DNA of 64,000 bases from Rhynchopus sp. YZ270_cl-10 (Eukaryota), in assembly GCA_964035575.1 (NCBI GenBank), contig OZ037833.1:930001-994000 (forward strand), given 5' to 3'. The number at the start of each line of letters is the position of its first letter. The first letter of the stretch is position 1. This document shows positions 59,194 to 64,000 of the stretch, one piece after another. The notes below the pieces were generated by a model that was not told the origin of the DNA, made no database searches, and worked only from the letters and a program-made list of their open reading frames with translations. The translations under genes and the position numbers were made by a program.

Positions 59194-62165
59194 CACGGAT
59201 GCTGCCAGATCTGGCCAGATTTGGGGGCCAATTTCCCAGATCTGGCTCGTTTTCCAGATGTGGAGATCTTGTTTCCAGATCTGGCCAGATCTGGCCAGAT
59301 CTGGGAATCTGGGAAATTTTTTTTTTCAAAAAAAAAAAAAAACTCCCCAGATCTGGCCAGATCTGGAAATCTGGCCAGTTTTTTTTTTCCCTCAGATTTC
59401 TGGCTATTGTCTCCCAGGGAAAGGGACTCTCGAATTTTTTTTTTCGCCCCTAAACAGGGCTAATTTCGACGATTTGAGGCCATTTAAAGCAAAATTTGGC
59501 ACTTTTGAGCATCTGTGGGGGTCTAAAACGTGGTTTTGCGAACCCGAAATTTCATGGTTTTTACCAAAGACAAGTCGATTTTTGAAAAATCTCGAAAAAA
59601 AAAAATTTTTTTTTCCGGGAAAATTTTGACCCCTGAGCAGGGTTTTTGTGTACCAAAAAGTGCAAAAAAACGCAAGAGTCGGGTGTTTTGACGATCTGGT
59701 ACCGCCATATGCAGTACAGGGGCCCACAATTTCGACTTTTTCTTAGCAATTTCCTTCATAATTTTTTTTTCTTCGATTTCTGGCAAAGGCAAATCTCAGG
59801 CAAAAAAAATTCACCCCTGATAGTGGGTCCTTGGGTGTCCAAAGATGCCAAAAACACAAAAATTTTGATGTTTTGACCATCTGTGGGCGCCTAAAACGCA
59901 CTTCTCTGCCCAAAAAATGAAAATCGATTTTTCCTTAGCGTTTTTATAGCCGTGATTTTTGGGTATTTTTTCGCAAAGGGAAAAAAAAAATATCAACCAA
60001 AATAGTGGGTCCTTGGGTGACCAAAAATGCAAAAAAAACGTTTTTTTTTGGTGTTTTGACCCTTCAGAACCACCCAAAACGCACTTTTGTGTACCAAAAC
60101 ACGCATATTTCAGATTTCCTCAGCAATTCCTTCACAAGTGCAAGGTGATTTTTGACCAAACTAATTTTGTGCACTTTTTTTGTGGTCACGTAACGCTAAA
60201 ATCCTCTCCGTGATGCGAGAATTACATGTGAGAATGCGATAATGATTCTCGCATGCGAACGCCCAAAACCACGAAGGAGGACGCAAGCAAGGCTTCAGTG
60301 CACTTAGGTACAGGATGCGTCGTTTTCAGTTACAAAAAAGGGTACTGTGAAGCGGTTGAGGCACACACACAGACCCGTTGCAAAATGCATCTGGGACCCA
60401 CGCTAGACCCCCCAAAAGCTGTAAAACCATATATTTCCATCTCGCGACCCCAGCGGATGTGGACTGAGGTGTTTTTTTTTGGGTGTTTAGAAAGGTTTTT
60501 GTCCGATTGGAGAATTTTTTCGGTAAGTGTTGCATTTTGTCCCCACTGAGTGTGCACTCAGAAAACACTCATCAAAAAAACGACCTTTCTGTTCGGTAAA
60601 AAATAGTTATTTTCTATCGTAGTAGTGGGTTTGTCGTGCAGTGATGTTCTTTGTACCTGGAGAGTGGGCCGAGTGCAAGGTATGTTTTTAACCCCCCGAT
60701 TTTCTCCCTTTTCGACATGTTCGCTATTTTTTAGCTATTTTTTTTTTTTGTCAACAAAAATGTCACTTTTACGTTTAAGGGGTACGGGGCGGCTTCTTGT
60801 TTGTTTGTTTGTTTTTTTGTTGTAGTCTCTACTTTTACATTCAATTTCTCTTAACAGGTACCCGAACCGACGACCCTTCATCATAACAGCGAAGCAGTGC
60901 CGACGGAAGAGCTGGTGCAATTATTTCAAAACCAGGTGGCGATCGTAAAAGTCGGGTTTATATACCAACTTTTCCATTAACCCACCCCATAGACCACCCT
61001 AATTATTATGAAACTCTTAGTCAGTCACTGCTATAGCCATTTAACCCAGGGAGCGTAGCTAGTGCAAGAAATTCGACTTCGGGATCCGGAAAGTCTGTCC
61101 TCTGCTTGCGGAGGACTAGGCACAATAAAATATTGCGTTCCCCCAGAAAACTAATTTTTGTCACAGTAATTTTTGCCCAGGGCATGCTCTTGAAGCATGG
61201 CGGCTTGGTGTGAGAAGGGGCAGTGTATTGTTTTGTTCTAGATTTCAACGGTTGTTAGAACGAGTCAAGTGGATGCTTATCTAAACACTGACTTTAGTAC
61301 AGACCCGAGAGATCACACATGACTTTGAGGAAAGAACAAAGCAATGCATCTGTACCCGCACGCCAGGTTGTAGTTACTTCAGAATTTTCTTAAGTTTGCA
61401 TGAACGAGGAGGGGCGAATCATTCTTCGGGAACCATAGTTGTATACCATGGAATGATTTTCTCAAAAACACCACGTGGGGGCTGAATTCAATCCCTTAAG
61501 AATTGCGAATTCAGCCTTTGTAGAAGGTACGTCTTACTTGTACTTGTACTTGTATGCCGTGTCCACCCTTCTCGACCTTACCGGTTCACATGTACGAATA
61601 ATATTAGGCAGTGGTAACACCCTTCTCAATTGTGCAAACTTAAGAATTTTCTGCTGTAACTTACCAAAATCGATTTTCTTTCACCCCAAACACCCGCAAC
61701 ACCCCACCTGCTACTTCGGTAGCCTGTGTTGTTGGGAGTTGGTTCTCATGTTGATCCCCAGTGTTTTGCACTGCTTCTTCTGAGCCCAACGCTGTTTGGC
61801 CTGTCGACGTAATAAATACGAAGACAGGGCGGCGGTGCCAACAATTTTCCAATGATGTAACGTTTATCTGATTGATTTATCGTTTGATATACCTTGTGTG
61901 TCCTACTTCGTAACTTGCACACACGAGCAACGTATATTGAACGGTACTTCAAGCGATACTTCGTTATGTCATTGGGGGTACCTGGAAAAAAAAATTTTCC
62001 CAGACGTCCCAGATCTCCCAGATGTGGCCAGATCTGGCCAGATCTGGCCAGATCTGGGACGTCTGGGAAAAAATTTTTTTTCAAAAAAAAAAAAAATTTT
62101 CCCAGATCTGGCCAGATCTGGGCGGCCCAGATCTGGAGATCTGGCCAGATCTGGCAGCATCCGTG
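59194..62165. mobile_element. 3-kb TIR element with 6-bp TSD and (AGATCTGGCC)n subterminal repeats
   Basis: CACGGA|CACGGATGCTGCCAGATCTGGCCAGAT ... ATCTGGCCAGATCTGGCAGCATCCGTG|CACGGA. No intact ORF inside. Confidence 0.85.
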
Positions 62166-62513
62166 CACGGAATGTTATCATCACGCCTTTTTTTAAAAAA
62201 AAGTGAATTGTGGTCCACCAAAACGAAGATCTCTAATCACGTTGACACTAAGGAAACAGAAAGAAGAAGAAGAAAAAAATTAAATTAGTTGTAAAGCATA
62301 TGCGGAGGCACAGACACTGAACAACGAGCACTACAAGAAAAACAAACCCATATGGAAAGGTGAATATGTGACGCACGTAGGGTGCATTGCCACCCTTTCT
62401 AATAAAAGAAAGAAAAATAGACGCAATAGGAAAAGGGTCGTGTGCTAAGGAATGAGACGCACGGACCCACACCTGGCTGGCTCGTTCCCTAACAAAAGGT
62501 TGAGGGCCAGGTA

Positions 62514-62668
62514 TTGTTTGTTTGTTTGTTTGTTTGTTTGTTTGTTTGTTTGTTTGTTTGTTTGTTTGTTTGTTTGTTTGTTTGTTTGTTTGTTTGTTTG
62601 TTTGTTTGTTTGTTTGTTTGTTTGTTTGTTTGTTTGTTTGTTTGTTTGTTTGTTTGTTTGTTTGTTTG
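62514..62668. repeat. (GTTT)n microsatellite
   Basis: About 38 perfect copies. Confidence 0.95.
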
Positions 62669-64000
62669 ATAAATCTGTTGGTGGAGTGTAGCTGTCATTC
62701 AGACAGTCTTTCACTATCCAGAAAAACGCACTCGAGAAAAAAAGGGTTTTTTTTTAAATCCGCCCAATCGTTCTATGCGGAGAAATACGTAACTAAAGAA
62801 ACAAAAAAAAAAAAAAAAAAAACGGTAGTTATTGATGCAGGCACCTCCGACTGACCCACGTACGATGCCAGCCATCCGGATGAAAGCACAAAAAAAGAGA
62901 AGCTGAAAGTACAAACGCCTCACCGGACATGGCGGGACTCAGGCACTGGAAAAAAAAAAAAAGGTGGCAATAAAAGTCGTGGAAGATCGTGCCTAAAAGA
63001 GTAATCGATACACCTAAGTGACCTTAGTTTTTTTTTCAAAGAAGAAAAAATTGTGGTATCATGCACAGACACGCTACATTGAACCAGAGGAGAGAACACT
63101 TCACCACTTCGAAGATAAGGAGTGAAGTTTAAAAAAAATTGGCAAAAAAAAAAAGAAGAAGAACACAATTTGGTGCGAGCGGTCTCACAGTACACCTGAA
63201 TAATGAATTATTTTCATATACATTCTTTTCTAAACGAAAAAGAAGGCAAAGAGGGTGAGACAAATGTACCCTTGCTTATTTTTTTGGTATGTTTTGAAAC
63301 CGATATCAAAACGATAATAAAATAAAAAAACCACCAAAGATTCCACGAGCAGGGCCTCTCTACATTGTATACATAAGATCTTTAAAAAAAACAGGGGTTT
63401 TTTCTTCCATATCGTAAGTTAAGATCTTATGTATACCATGTCTCTAGCAAAAAAAGGGAGGAAAAACTGTTTTTTTTTTTTATTTTTTTTTTGAAAACTT
63501 GGTTGTATTAGTGTAGACACCCGAGGATGAACTCCACTATATTTTTTTTTTTAGGGTGGGAGGAAAAACCCCGTTTTTTTTCCCTCCCACCCCCATATCC
63601 TGGACACAACTCATCCCGAAACACCCTACACAAAAAGCGCTATGCAGTTATCAGAGGGAACTGGTCCTCTCTGTGCAGCATAGCGAAGGGAGTTGTTGGG
63701 AGAGGGGATTAGGATATGAGACTCCATGAGAAAGCAGAGAGAAGGGGGAGAGAGAGAAAAAAAGAAAAAAAAGAAAAAAGAAAAAAAAAAAGAAAAAAAA
63801 AAAAGCTTTTGTCAGATGCATATGACTCTCGTGCACACACACACACACACACACATCAAACAAAAAAGGTGGGGAAAGGTGTAAGGGCAGGAGAGAAAAA
63901 AAAAAAGGGGGCGAGGGGAGAGGGGGGTCTGGAGAAGTTTGGAGAGGAGGCGGGGGAAGGGTTTAAAAGGGGGCAGTGAAGGGGGGAAATAGGTAGAACC

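Noticed and set aside
1..64000. Spliced-leader RNA gene or intact transposase/RT gene
   Set aside because: No SL exon-like sequence and no intact TE ORF seen.

Overview
Eukaryotic nuclear DNA, most likely a euglenozoan (diplonemid-like). Evidence: kinetoplastid-type RPS7, a euglenozoan-type 18S signature, GT-AG introns and a unidirectional gene cluster. All 10 supported protein genes lie on the minus strand: a >2168-aa secreted Cys-rich protein with 4 vWA domains (missed by the ORF track), a PHD-finger/Gln-rich protein, a cAMP-receptor-like 7TM protein, nitronate monooxygenase, AP-2 alpha adaptin (6 exons), a disordered hypothetical protein, a spliced 46-aa membrane microprotein, NCA2, and two tandem RPS7 copies. 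Non-coding DNA, including a gene-free 45.3-64 kb stretch, has three components: (i) non-autonomous DNA transposons whose target-site duplications (TSDs) point to piggyBac, hAT, PIF/Harbinger, MULE, Tc1/mariner and a 6-bp-TSD group; (ii) degraded 18S rRNA pieces; (iii) about nine families of short (40-120 bp) hairpin-forming dispersed elements. Within each family in (iii), every copy I found has the same orientation, which is the most striking unexplained feature. All calls were made by eye; no database searches were run.
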